A stretch of DNA of 29,572 bases from NCBI GenBank assembly GCA_964470235.1, contig CAYYCF010000002.1, forward strand, positions 1-29,572. The letters are read 5' to 3'. Positions 7,082-16,512 of the stretch are shown piece after piece. Under the pieces are notes generated by a model. The model was not told where the DNA came from. It searched no databases and worked only from the letters and a program-made list of their open reading frames with translations. Each line of letters starts with the position of its first letter. The stretch's first letter is position 1. This DNA comes from an uncultured Anaerolineales bacterium (GTDB lineage: Bacteria > Chloroflexota > Anaerolineae > Anaerolineales > VGOW01). The position numbers and the translations under genes are program-made.

Positions 7082-8554
7082 ATGGTTGCTCCCCTCACCG
7101 TCGCCGACGAACGCGGCTTGCGAGGCCACAGCCTCGACACGCAACTGCGGCAAGTGTTTTACGGCCTGCCACCGGAAAAAGTGAGAGAAATGGCCGGGCA
7201 AGTGACGGTCGAAGCCGGAAGGCGGCGGCTGGTGTACGTCCGCGAGGGGAAGGAAGAAGTGATTAATATTCTTCTGCGCCCCATCGTCGTCATGCGCGAT
7301 CAAGCCACCTACTTTCACGTCGCTTCGCTCGCTCTGCTCAACGCCCTCAAACGCCTGCCCGATCTCTACTTGCATGACTTCGACGTGCGCGAAGCTATCC
7401 CGCTCACGCCCGATGAAGAGAAATGGCTGTTGGAAAACTGGCGCAAGAGTCACCACGAGAACAACCCGGTGTTTGGCCGCCTGGATGCGGTGGTGGATTT
7501 TACGACCGCGATGTGGAAGGAGTCGCTGAAGTTCGTCGAGCCGAACTTGTCGGGGATTGGCGGCATACATCTAATCCCAAACTGCGATCAAGTGCTGGCC
7601 GACGTGGTGATCCCCATGCTGGAGGAGGCCGCCCCCGATTTGCAGCTCGAACCCGGCCCCGACCTGCGTGATATGTTCCTGCAAGAAATGACGGATCACC
7701 TGGAAGCCATTGGCCGGGCGGGCGGCACGATCTGCTTCATCGATCCGAAATATGCCGAAGACGGAATCGCCGAACTCGATCCCTTGATCGAATACTTCCA
7801 CCAAACTCAACCGGAGACAAAAATCGTCCACGCCGATCCGTCCGAGTTGTACGTGCGCAGCGGCGACGTGTGGTACGAGGACACCAAAGTGGATTTGGGC
7901 TACCGCGATTACGAGGTGCGCGACCTGATCGAGATGGAGAAAGTGGAGGGGCTGGACATCAAGCCGATGAAGATTCTCTTCCGCGAGAACCGGATCGTGT
8001 CCTCGCTGGTCGGCGACTTTGACCACAAATCCACGTGGGAAGTGCTGACCGACCCGCGCTTCACCGAAAAATACTTCACCGCCGAAGACCGCCATTATTT
8101 CAAACGGCACGTCCTCTGGACCCGCACGATGAGGGAGCGCCGCACTACCGACCCCGAAGGCGAAACGATAGACTTGCTCGACTTCACTCGCAGGAATCAA
8201 GACATTCTGGTGATCAAACCCAATCGATCTTACGGCGGCGACCGTGTTCTGCTCGGACCCTCGGTGAGCGAGGGTGAGTGGGGGGCCGCTATCGAGGAGT
8301 CGTTGTCGGGCGAGGAATCGTGGGTGGTTCAGCGGTTGGCGCGCATCAGCGTCAACGAGTTTCCGGTGGTCGCGCCCGACGGCTCCGTATCCACCGAACC
8401 GTTTTATACCGTGATGGGTTTTGCGCCCACCAAGTACGGCGTGGCCGTGCTGGGGCGCGCCTCGCAAAAGCAAGTGGTCAACGTGGCTCAGCGCGGCGGC
8501 ATGTGTTCGGTCCTCATCGGGCGGCACCACAAGGCGTTGCACGGGCCAAGATGA
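7082..8554 (+). CDS. Circularly permuted ATP-grasp / glutathionylspermidine synthase-like amidoligase
   Basis: FGRLDAV, LKFVEPNLSGIGG (E-x-N), LVIKPNRSYGG and WVVQR occur in the permuted order (RxD and ExN before the KP...GG motif). Confidence 0.7.
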   Translation: MVAPLTVADERGLRGHSLDTQLRQVFYGLPPEKVREMAGQVTVEAGRRRLVYVREGKEEVINILLRPIVVMRDQATYFHVASLALLNALKRLPDLYLHDFDVREAIPLTPDEEKWLLENWRKSHHENNPVFGRLDAVVDFTTAMWKESLKFVEPNLSGIGGIHLIPNCDQVLADVVIPMLEEAAPDLQLEPGPDLRDMFLQEMTDHLEAIGRAGGTICFIDPKYAEDGIAELDPLIEYFHQTQPETKIVHADPSELYVRSGDVWYEDTKVDLGYRDYEVRDLIEMEKVEGLDIKPMKILFRENRIVSSLVGDFDHKSTWEVLTDPRFTEKYFTAEDRHYFKRHVLWTRTMRERRTTDPEGETIDLLDFTRRNQDILVIKPNRSYGGDRVLLGPSVSEGEWGAAIEESLSGEESWVVQRLARISVNEFPVVAPDGSVSTEPFYTVMGFAPTKYGVAVLGRASQKQVVNVAQRGGMCSVLIGRHHKALHGPR

Positions 8555-8627
8555 ATGATGAGTGATGAATGCGGAACGATGAATATCTATTCCGCATTCA
8601 TCATTCCGCATTCATCATTCCACATTC
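8550..8627. repeat. Heptamer-based palindromic element (GATGAAT/ATTCATC)
   Basis: TGATGAATGCGGAA (8563-8576) has its reverse complement TTCCGCATTCATCA twice in tandem (8590-8603, 8604-8617). Confidence 0.85.
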
Positions 8628-8631
8628 GCAC

Positions 8632-9969
8632 ATGCTCGGCGAATCACGAATCAAATCCCTGCTGGAAACAGCCCTGTCGCTTTCCACCGCCGACGAGACT
8701 GAAGTCTCGCTCACGGCAGTGGACGACGCCACCACGCGCTTCGACAACAACGCCATTCATCAGAACGTCGCCGAGACCGACGCCGTGCTCGAAGTGCGCG
8801 CCGTCATCGGGCGGCGCGTTGGCACGGCCAGCACCAACCATTTTGCGCCGGACTCTTTGGCGCGGGTGGTCGAAATGGCAGGCGAGGCCGCGCGCTATCA
8901 ACCGGAAAGCGAAGACTTCGTCGGTCTGCCGGAACCACGCCCGATCCAAAGAGTCAATTCATTCGACGAGGCCGTGGCCGCCGCCTCGCGGTCGCCCGAA
9001 CTTCGGGCGCGCGTGGTCAGCGGACTCTGCCAGGCCGCCGCCGGCGCGTCTGCCCTCGCCGCCGGGGCCTACGCCACCGCCGCCGCAGAGACCGCTATCG
9101 CCAATTCGCGCGGCGTGTGGGCGTATCATCCCTCCACATCGGTAGAACTGACTTTGGTCGTCGCTTGCGAAGATGGATCGGGGTACACGCACGGCACGTC
9201 GTGGCGATTGGATCGGGTTGACACGGAGGCGCTTGGCGCAGAGGCGATCCAACGCGCGCTGGCCTCTCGCCATCCGCGCCGCCTCCCGCCGGGCGAGTAT
9301 CCGGTCATCCTCGAGCCGTATGCCGTGGTGGACATCGTCGAACAGTTGGCGGCCGAAGGCATGGGCGCGCTGGCCGTGCAAGAGGGACGCAGTTGGATGA
9401 ACGGGCGAATGGGCAAGCGGACGCTCTCGCCGTTGATTTCAATTTGGGATGACGGCCTCGATCTCGAAGGCGAACCGCAACCGTTTGATTGCGAAGGCGT
9501 TCCGAAAGAGCGCGTGGACATTGTGAACGCCGGTGTGCCGACCGCGCCCGTGTACGACACCCACACCGCCGCCCGCGAACCTGGGCAACTCTCCACCGGG
9601 CACGCGCAGCCGATGGACGAAGACTGGGACGGCCCGATGCCGGGCAATTTGCATTTGGCTCCCGGCGACTCGTCGGTGCAAGAAATGATCAGCGCCACGC
9701 GGCGCGGGTTGTACATCACGCGCTTCTGGTACACCAACATCGTGGCCGACCGCGATTGCGTGCTCACCGGCACCACGCGCGATGCCGCATTCTTGATCGA
9801 GCGCGGCGAGATCGTCTGCCCGGTGCAGGCCTCGCGCTTCACACAAGGATTGATCCCGGCGCTTAAAAACGTCGCCGCCGTCGGTCGCGAGTCGCGGCCC
9901 ATTGGCGGCTTCTACGGCAGTCACCGATTACCGGCGGTGAAGTTAGAGAGCTTCAGGTTTACGGGGTAA
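8632..9969 (+). CDS. TldD/PmbA family protein, PmbA/TldE-type
   Basis: TRFDNNAIHQNV, PPGEYPVILEP, PFDCEGVP, RGLYITRFWY and TGTTRD. No HExxxH is visible. Start trimmed to ATG 8632. Confidence 0.85.
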   Translation: MLGESRIKSLLETALSLSTADETEVSLTAVDDATTRFDNNAIHQNVAETDAVLEVRAVIGRRVGTASTNHFAPDSLARVVEMAGEAARYQPESEDFVGLPEPRPIQRVNSFDEAVAAASRSPELRARVVSGLCQAAAGASALAAGAYATAAAETAIANSRGVWAYHPSTSVELTLVVACEDGSGYTHGTSWRLDRVDTEALGAEAIQRALASRHPRRLPPGEYPVILEPYAVVDIVEQLAAEGMGALAVQEGRSWMNGRMGKRTLSPLISIWDDGLDLEGEPQPFDCEGVPKERVDIVNAGVPTAPVYDTHTAAREPGQLSTGHAQPMDEDWDGPMPGNLHLAPGDSSVQEMISATRRGLYITRFWYTNIVADRDCVLTGTTRDAAFLIERGEIVCPVQASRFTQGLIPALKNVAAVGRESRPIGGFYGSHRLPAVKLESFRFTG

Positions 9970-10003
9970 CTCCCTCCCCCGTCGGGTGTATACTCCTCAG
10001 CCG

Positions 10004-10756
10004 ATGATCTACCTCGGCATTGATCCCACCGCCGGACGCCGCCCGCTTAACTATGCCCTCCTCGACGACTCGCTCGCGCTCCTGGCCGAAGGCACAGGCC
10101 AGCCGGCCGATCTGCTCAAACTGATCGCGCCCTACCCCGACATCGTCTGCGCCGTTGATGCGCCGAGCCTGCCGAACCAAGGTTTGATGGCCGACCCCGC
10201 CGTGCGCGCTCGTTTGGGCCTGCCGCCGAAAACCGAAACGTGGGCGCAGTATCGGGTGTGTGAATACGAACTGCGACGGCGCAATATCAAGCTATACAAC
10301 ACTCCGGCGCATACCGCAAAAGCGCCGGCCTGGATGAAGGCCGGATGGAAACTGTACGATCAACTCCGCGCCGCCGGATTCCAAACCTACCCCGCCTCCG
10401 CGCCGCGAATTTTTTTTGAAGCGCACCCGCACGCCACTTTCGCCGTGCGGCTGGGCGTCCTGCCATACGACAAAGCCACCCTCGAAGGCAGACTGCAACG
10501 GCAGCTTCTGCTGTATGACGAAGGAGTTGGCGTGCCGGACGCAATGGAGTTTTTTGAAGAGATCACGCGACATCGGATATTGCAGGGCGCGATCAACCTG
10601 AACGGCCTCCGCACCCACGACCAGCTTGACGCCCTGGCCTCGGCCCTCACCGCCCATTACGCCCACACCCGTCCCCACCAGATCACCCTCGTCGGCGATC
10701 CTACCGATGGGCAGATTGTGGTGCCGACGAATGAGTTGAAAGAACGATATTCGTAA
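10004..10756 (+). CDS. DUF429 family predicted nuclease (RNase H-like fold)
   Basis: YLGIDPT, AVDAP, RVCEYEL, FEAHPHA and DQLDALASA. Start at ATG 10004. Confidence 0.75.
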   Translation: MIYLGIDPTAGRRPLNYALLDDSLALLAEGTGQPADLLKLIAPYPDIVCAVDAPSLPNQGLMADPAVRARLGLPPKTETWAQYRVCEYELRRRNIKLYNTPAHTAKAPAWMKAGWKLYDQLRAAGFQTYPASAPRIFFEAHPHATFAVRLGVLPYDKATLEGRLQRQLLLYDEGVGVPDAMEFFEEITRHRILQGAINLNGLRTHDQLDALASALTAHYAHTRPHQITLVGDPTDGQIVVPTNELKERYS

Positions 10757-10858
10757 ATCCCAAATCCCAAGCCCCAAATCCCAAGCGCGAGCGCCTTTCC
10801 GAAAACTCGCACCTTCGAGATTTGACGTTTGGGATTTGGAAGTTGGGATTTGGGATTT
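10755..10858. repeat. Heptamer palindromic element (AAATCCC/GGGATTT)
   Basis: Tandem AAATCCC-like units at 10755-10785 mirrored by GGGATTT units at 10828-10858. Confidence 0.85.
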
Positions 10859-10863
10859 TTTCT

Positions 10864-11631
10864 ATGCGCCTCCACTACACCCTCCACTCTCCCCAACTTC
10901 AAAACACCGTCGTCCTCTTGCACGGCATGGGGTCGTGCGGAGAGGATTGGGCATTGCAGATTCCGGCGCTGGCAGAGCATTACCGCGTGGTCACGCCCGA
11001 GATGCGCGGGCACGGCCAGAGCGACAAGCCGCCCGGCCCTTACAGTATCGCGCACATGGCCGACGATGTCATCGAATTGATGGACGAGTTGAAAATTGAA
11101 TCGGCGCACGTGGCCGGTCTTTCGATGGGCGGGTGCATCGCGTTGCAGCTCGCCATTGCCCATGCGAATCGAGTCCGCAGCGCCGTGATCGTCAACAGTT
11201 TTGCCAAAGCCCGCCCGGCCGGGTGGCGCGGCGTTCTCCGCTTCCTCAACCGCATTTGGTCGTTGAACTTCGGCACAATGGAAGATGTGGCCGAGCCGGT
11301 CGCCCGTTCCATGTTCCCGAAACCGGAGCAGGCTGAACTGCGCCGTATTGCGCTGGAGCGCATAGCCGGCAACCCCAAGGAACAGTATCGCTCCATCTTG
11401 AGCGCCGTCGTGCGGTTCAACGCCCTGCCCCATCTCAATCAAATTAAATGCCAGGTGCTGATCGTCGCCGGAGAGCGCGATCTCACCGTGCCACTGCCGC
11501 CCAAACGGGAGCTGCATCGCAAACTCCCAGGCTCCGAATTTGTCCTCATCTCCGATTCCGGCCACGCCACGCCGGTAGACCAGCCGGAGAAATTCAACGA
11601 GGCTTTGCTGGACTTCATTGGCCGTAATTAA
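10864..11631 (+). CDS. Alpha/beta hydrolase (3-oxoadipate enol-lactonase-like fold)
   Basis: LLHGMG, RGHGQS, nucleophile elbow GLSMGG, GERD acid and SGH catalytic His. Start trimmed to ATG 10864. Confidence 0.88.
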   Translation: MRLHYTLHSPQLQNTVVLLHGMGSCGEDWALQIPALAEHYRVVTPEMRGHGQSDKPPGPYSIAHMADDVIELMDELKIESAHVAGLSMGGCIALQLAIAHANRVRSAVIVNSFAKARPAGWRGVLRFLNRIWSLNFGTMEDVAEPVARSMFPKPEQAELRRIALERIAGNPKEQYRSILSAVVRFNALPHLNQIKCQVLIVAGERDLTVPLPPKRELHRKLPGSEFVLISDSGHATPVDQPEKFNEALLDFIGRN

Positions 11632-11633
11632 AA

Positions 11634-11711
11634 AAATCCCAAATCCCAATTTCTGAATCCCAAGAAATTCTTTTGGGATTTGGTTTTTGGGATTTGGGAT
11701 TTGGGATTTGG
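11634..11711. repeat. Heptamer palindromic element (AAATCCC/GGGATTT) between convergent genes, possible bidirectional terminator
   Basis: AAATCCCAAATCCCAA...TTGGGATTTGGGATTTGGGATTTGG, same family as 10755-10858. Confidence 0.85.
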
Positions 11712-11734
11712 ACGCGGCGTCGCCGTGTCCGCGT

Positions 11735-13054
11735 CTAATTCACGTGCTTCGCGTATTTCACCGCGTCGTTGAGTTTGTTGAGCGTCTCGTCCACATCCTG
11801 CTCCGAGTGCGCTTCGCACATGAAGAGCGGCTCGCGCCCGTCCGGCTCGTATTCCACGCCGAACTCGGCCATGCGATCGGCGATCTTTTCAAACAGCCCG
11901 ACGTTGCAATTCACCGCATCGCGGAAGTCTCTGATCTTGTCCGTCTTCGGCTCCAGCATAAAACCGAACATGGCCGGATGGCCGGTGAAAACATGCGGCA
12001 CTCCGGCCTCGGTGAATACTTCACCCATGCCGGCCATCAAACGAGCGCCGCGCTTGTTGACCGTGTCCAACGCGGGCGTAGTTTCCAGAATTTCCAGCGT
12101 GGCCGCCGCCGCCGCCGTGCCCACCACGTTGCCGCAGTACGTGCCGCCGTGCGCCACCTGGCCCGGGGCGATGATGTCCATGATCTCCGCCGCGCCGCCA
12201 ATGGCCGCAATGGGGAAGCCGTTGCCCAGGCTTTTCGCATACGTGTAAAGATCGGCCTTCACGCCAAAGAACTCGGTGGCGCCGCCCTTGGCAATTCGGA
12301 AGCCGGTCTTCACTTCGTCCATGACCATCACAACACCGTATTGCGTGCACAGCTTGCGAATGAGTTCCAGGAAGCCTGGCTCCGGCATCACTCCGGCCAC
12401 GTTGCCCAGCATCGGCTCGATCATGATGGCGGCCGCTTCGTGCGCGTGATCCTTCATCATGCGTTCCAGCCCCTCGAAATCGTTGAAGCGCGTGATGAGA
12501 GTCAAGGCGCAGGTGCTGCCGGGCATGCCCGAAGTGAGCGCAATCGGCAGCGGGCTGCGCGGCGACCCCATCACCTGGGAAGGCATGTTGGCGGTTGACC
12601 ACATCACGTAATCGGACGAACCGTGATACGCGCCTTCGAACTTGATCACTTTCTCGCGGTTGGTGTACGCCCGCGCCAGCCGCATGGCGGTCATCGTCGC
12701 TTCCGAGCCGGAATTGGCAAAGCGGACTTTCTGCACGCCGGAGCACATGCGGATGATGCGCTCGGCGGCTTCTGTTTCAAACGGGTGTGTGTGCGCGTAA
12801 ATAGTGCCGTCGTCAATGGCCTGCTTCACGCGCTCGTTGACGCGCCGGTCGGCGTGGCCGAGGATAATCGGGCCATAGGCCAGCCGGTAATCTATGTACC
12901 GGTTGCCATCCATGTCCCAGAGATAAGCGCCCTCACCGCGTTTGATCACTTTGGTATTTTCCCCGGCGTAACGAAAATTCGAGGTGACGCCCAAGGGCAT
13001 CACTTTGAGCGCTTGCTTATAGGCGGCCCGGGTCTGTGTATACGTGCGAACCAT
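11735..13054 (-). CDS. Class III PLP aminotransferase, glutamate-1-semialdehyde aminomutase (HemL)-like
   Basis: GPIILGH, RFANSGSEATM, KFEGAYHG, DEVKTGFR and PLP-Lys YAKSLGNGFP. HGGTYCGN diverges from the typical HemL QAGTLSGN. Confidence 0.85.
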   Translation of the reverse strand: MVRTYTQTRAAYKQALKVMPLGVTSNFRYAGENTKVIKRGEGAYLWDMDGNRYIDYRLAYGPIILGHADRRVNERVKQAIDDGTIYAHTHPFETEAAERIIRMCSGVQKVRFANSGSEATMTAMRLARAYTNREKVIKFEGAYHGSSDYVMWSTANMPSQVMGSPRSPLPIALTSGMPGSTCALTLITRFNDFEGLERMMKDHAHEAAAIMIEPMLGNVAGVMPEPGFLELIRKLCTQYGVVMVMDEVKTGFRIAKGGATEFFGVKADLYTYAKSLGNGFPIAAIGGAAEIMDIIAPGQVAHGGTYCGNVVGTAAAAATLEILETTPALDTVNKRGARLMAGMGEVFTEAGVPHVFTGHPAMFGFMLEPKTDKIRDFRDAVNCNVGLFEKIADRMAEFGVEYEPDGREPLFMCEAHSEQDVDETLNKLNDAVKYAKHVN

Positions 13055-13470
13055 GATATTCTCCCTTTAGCTTTCTCAGTAACACCAACCACAACAACTC
13101 TAGCGAAGCAGAGCAGGTGTAATGCGTCAACACTCCGCTGGTGTGCGGACTGGCATTTTCGTTCTATTCGATTGGGTGGTTTAGATTGAGTCGAGCGAAA
13201 AGACAGGCAGTGAGGACACTGCGCGGGGGAGACTATCAGCCGTCACCGGTGGTCCAGTTCTTTCGCGCAAAATCGCGGTGAACAAGTGGGCCGCCAAATA
13301 GGACTATCAAGATGTCACGCTCTCTTTACAGACAGTTAACCTGCCCGTGTGAAAAACTCTATGACTATTGTATTCGCAAAAAAATATAAAGCAACTTTTC
13401 GTTAGGTTACGGTCAACGCAGTTTGATTCAACGCCGAGCTAACACCACTAATGGGGAGGCAATTTCAGTT

Positions 13471-14472
13471 GTGACAGTAATTCAGGTCGAAAACGCAACA
13501 AAAATTTTCCGGATCAATCAAAAAGACCCCGGAATCGCCGGCGCTATCAAGGCGCTCTTTCGCCCTCATTATCAAGATAAGGTCGCCGTAGATCGCATCA
13601 GCTTCACCGTCGAACCTGGCGAAGTGGTCGGCTACATCGGCGTCAACGGCGCCGGCAAGTCCACTACGATCAAGATGCTCACCGGAATCCTTCTGCCCTC
13701 TGCCGGGGCGATTCGCGTGCTGGGCCGCGACCCGCACCGCGAACGTGTGCCTAATGCCAGGCAGATTGGCGTAGTATTCGGCCAGCGCACGCAGTTGTGG
13801 TGGGACCTGGCGCTGATCGAATCGCTCAACCTGATCGCCCAGATTTACGAAATTGATCCCGCACAGTATAAACGGCGGCTGGAACAGTTTTCCGAGACTT
13901 TGGAGCTGACCGAACTGTTGCGCGTGCCTATTCGAAATATGTCGCTCGGACAGAAGATGCGCGCCGAATTGGCCGCCACCCTGATCCACGAACCGGCGAT
14001 CATTTATCTTGACGAGCCGACCATCGGCCTGGACCTCATTGTCAAAGAGCGCATCCGCGACTTCATCAAACAACAGAATCAGGATAAGGGAACGACGGTG
14101 ATCCTGACCACCCACGATTTGGGCGACATCGAGCAGTTGTGCCAGCGGGTGATCATCATCGACTCGGGCAAATTGATCTACGACGGGCCGATCAGCACCA
14201 TCAAAGATCGCTTTGGCAAATACCGCGAGATCGCGTTCGAGACCGCCGGTCCGGTGGGGACGATTGCATTGCCGCCTGGCGCGGAAACGGTTGCGGCGGA
14301 AGCGCGCAAGCTCGTCGTGCGGTTCGACCGCACCGCCGCCACCGCCAGTCAGGTCGCCGCGTCCCTCATGGAGCAAATCGAAGTCGTGGATTTTTCTTTG
14401 GCCGAGCCCGATCTCGCTTCTATCATCAAACAGATTTACGGCGGCGCGCTGCGCGGGGAGGCTGCCGCGTGA
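13471..14472 (+). CDS. ABC-2 type exporter ATP-binding protein
   Basis: GVNGAGKST, MSLGQKMR and YLDEPT. GTG 13471 chosen for the upstream GGAGG; the track start 13423 is an alternative. Confidence 0.9.
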   Translation: MTVIQVENATKIFRINQKDPGIAGAIKALFRPHYQDKVAVDRISFTVEPGEVVGYIGVNGAGKSTTIKMLTGILLPSAGAIRVLGRDPHRERVPNARQIGVVFGQRTQLWWDLALIESLNLIAQIYEIDPAQYKRRLEQFSETLELTELLRVPIRNMSLGQKMRAELAATLIHEPAIIYLDEPTIGLDLIVKERIRDFIKQQNQDKGTTVILTTHDLGDIEQLCQRVIIIDSGKLIYDGPISTIKDRFGKYREIAFETAGPVGTIALPPGAETVAAEARKLVVRFDRTAATASQVAASLMEQIEVVDFSLAEPDLASIIKQIYGGALRGEAAA

Positions 14473-15281
14473 TCCGATCCCTCCGCCGCGCCGTGAACGT
14501 GTATCGCGCCTTTGCCGCGATGACGCCGAAGCTCTACCTGGCTTACAGCCTTTGGGTGTGGATGGAATTCTTCGCGCAGATTCTATCCATGACCATCTTC
14601 GCCTCCTTCTGGAGGGCAGTGTATGCCCCGGGCCAAACACTCGGCGGCTTGAGCCTGCAGCAGACGTTGAACTATATTTTGTTGGCGCAGATTATGCTGC
14701 CGTTGGTTGAAACACGGTTGATTTTCCGTTTCGGTTCGATGATTCGCTCCGGCGAGCTGGCGGTCGAACTGGTGAGGCCGGTTGATCTGGAAGGGCGTCA
14801 TTACGCCGAAGGCGTGGCCGGGCTGGCGCTCTTCCTTCTCTTCAAGTCGCCCTTGGCGATCATCGGCTGGCTGTTCTTCGGCCTGCAATTGCCAAGCGAC
14901 CCCGCCGTGTGGGCCGCCTTTGCGCTCTCTCTGCTGTTAGGCCACGCCGTGATCTTTTGCTTCGATTGGATATTTGCGTGCCTGGCGTTCTACAGCACCG
15001 AAACGTGGGGATTGAGCGTGGTGCGGATAGGGGTGGCGACGTTTTTCAGCGGCGCGCTGGTGCCATTGGCGATGATGCCAGGCTGGTTGCGCGCAATCGC
15101 CAATGCGCTCCCGTTTGCGCAAGCGCTGTCCGTTCCGGTGTCGCTTCTCGGCGGCATCACGCCCGTATCAGACGCGCCGCGCGTTTGGTTGGCGCAAGCG
15201 CTGTGGCTGATCGGATTGGGGCTTTTGTCGCGGACGGTTTTCAATGTCGCCGTGAAAAAGGTCACCGTGCAGGGAGGGTGA
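14469..15281 (+). CDS. ABC-2 family permease (DUF990-like)
   Basis: GTGA overlap with the ATPase stop, IRSGELAVELVRP, FFSGALVPL and multiple TM helices. Confidence 0.85.
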   Translation: MIRSLRRAVNVYRAFAAMTPKLYLAYSLWVWMEFFAQILSMTIFASFWRAVYAPGQTLGGLSLQQTLNYILLAQIMLPLVETRLIFRFGSMIRSGELAVELVRPVDLEGRHYAEGVAGLALFLLFKSPLAIIGWLFFGLQLPSDPAVWAAFALSLLLGHAVIFCFDWIFACLAFYSTETWGLSVVRIGVATFFSGALVPLAMMPGWLRAIANALPFAQALSVPVSLLGGITPVSDAPRVWLAQALWLIGLGLLSRTVFNVAVKKVTVQGG

Positions 15282-15329
15282 ATCATCAGGCGTGTGGGTC
15301 TTAACACCTGCCGGGCTTGGGGCAAAGAA

Positions 15330-16118
15330 ATGCGTCGCTACTTTGTTTTGTATCAACACTTCCTCATCCAACGTTTAAAAATCCTGATGGAATACCGCGT
15401 CAATTTTTTCATTGGCGCGGCATCCACCGTCATCTTGCAAGCGGCCGGACTGCTCACCCTTTGGGTTGTCATGCGGCAAATCCAGGATTTGAACGGCTGG
15501 AGCTTCGACGAAGTGTTGCTGATTTACGGATTGCTCACGCTGGCGAAGAGCATCAACCACATGTTCGCCGACAACCTGTGGACCATCGGATGGAATTACG
15601 TCCGCAGCGGCGACTTTGACCGCTTCCTCGTCCGTCCGATTGATCCGCTTTTTCATTTGTTGGCCGACCGATTCTGCCACGATGGTATTGGAAATTTTCT
15701 GGTAGGCGCGGCCCTGGTCGCTAAATCGTCTGCCGCGCTCGGCATCGCCTGGACGCCGTACCGCCTCTCATATCTCGCCCTCGCGGTGCTAAGCGGCGGC
15801 GCTATTTTCATCGCTTTGAACTTGATCACGGCCACATCGGCCTTTTGGATCATTGAATCGATCCCGGTGACACAAATCGTTTTCAACACGCACGAATTCG
15901 CCAAATATCCGCTGACGATTTATCACCGGAGCATCGGCCTGTTGATGACTTGGTTGATTCCGTATGGGTTTGCGTCGTTTTATCCGGCCAATTACCTGCT
16001 GGGGCGCGACGTAAGCCTGTTGGCTTGGATCGGCCCGGTCATGGCGCTGGCACTTTTGTTCTTGAGTTATCGCGTGTGGCTCATCGGCTTGCGGCATTAC
16101 AGCGGTACCGGGTCGTAA
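15330..16118 (+). CDS. ABC-2 family permease (DUF990-like), second subunit
   Basis: MEYRVNF, GWSFDEVLL, VRSGDFDRFLVRP, KYPLTIY and GLRHYSGTGS. Confidence 0.88.
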   Translation: MRRYFVLYQHFLIQRLKILMEYRVNFFIGAASTVILQAAGLLTLWVVMRQIQDLNGWSFDEVLLIYGLLTLAKSINHMFADNLWTIGWNYVRSGDFDRFLVRPIDPLFHLLADRFCHDGIGNFLVGAALVAKSSAALGIAWTPYRLSYLALAVLSGGAIFIALNLITATSAFWIIESIPVTQIVFNTHEFAKYPLTIYHRSIGLLMTWLIPYGFASFYPANYLLGRDVSLLAWIGPVMALALLFLSYRVWLIGLRHYSGTGS

Positions 16119-16512
16119 AGACGTTGCAAAAGGAGTCTGCGGCGCAGCATCTCTACTGACCGTGAGGTAGGCGACGCGCATTCAAGTAGGTCGGGGCGCG
16201 CATCGGGATATATTTTAAGGACGAGATCGTTGACTCGTTGCGCTAAAGCGTTATATAGTTCGATCACGAACGAAAGCCCCACACGCTATCAGGCGTTGAG
16301 GCGACTGGCTCCGACGTTTATAGAGCTTGCCTGTTCCGGTCACACAACCCCTCTATCGCTTTCACGCGAACATGGGATGCCATCAGGGCAACAGACCGAC
16401 CGGCTAATGAGCAAGTTCTCCATATATTCGCGAGAGAACCACCAGTCGCATGTTTGACTATAGCGGCAGTCAAACCAACAGCTTGAACCAAAGCGCCCGG
16501 GGCTTTCGTGTT

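Noticed and set aside
11735-13054. Calling the aminotransferase hemL and linking it to the ccm operon's heme supply
   Set aside because: HGGTYCGN and YHGSSD differ from typical HemL motifs, and no other hem genes are adjacent, so it may be a paralog with another substrate.
13055-13470. Riboswitch or repeated operator (GACTAT at 13231, 13302, 13363) in the divergent intergenic region
   Set aside because: No riboswitch consensus recognised. The hexamers are short and unevenly spaced (71 and 61 nt), so chance is plausible.
7571-14640. Long antisense ORFs (7571-8611, 10657-11649, 11687-12598, 13465-14640)
   Set aside because: They shadow well-supported genes, have no recognisable motifs, and are expected in high-GC DNA.
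13471-16118. ABC-2 trio as a self-resistance exporter for a natural product cluster
   Set aside because: This is a common standalone three-gene unit, and no biosynthetic core or precursor peptide is adjacent.
16097-16282. ParE/RelE toxin remnant on the minus strand
   Set aside because: Only a vague resemblance over a few residues, with no antitoxin and no RBS. Kept only as part of the unexplained-gap finding.
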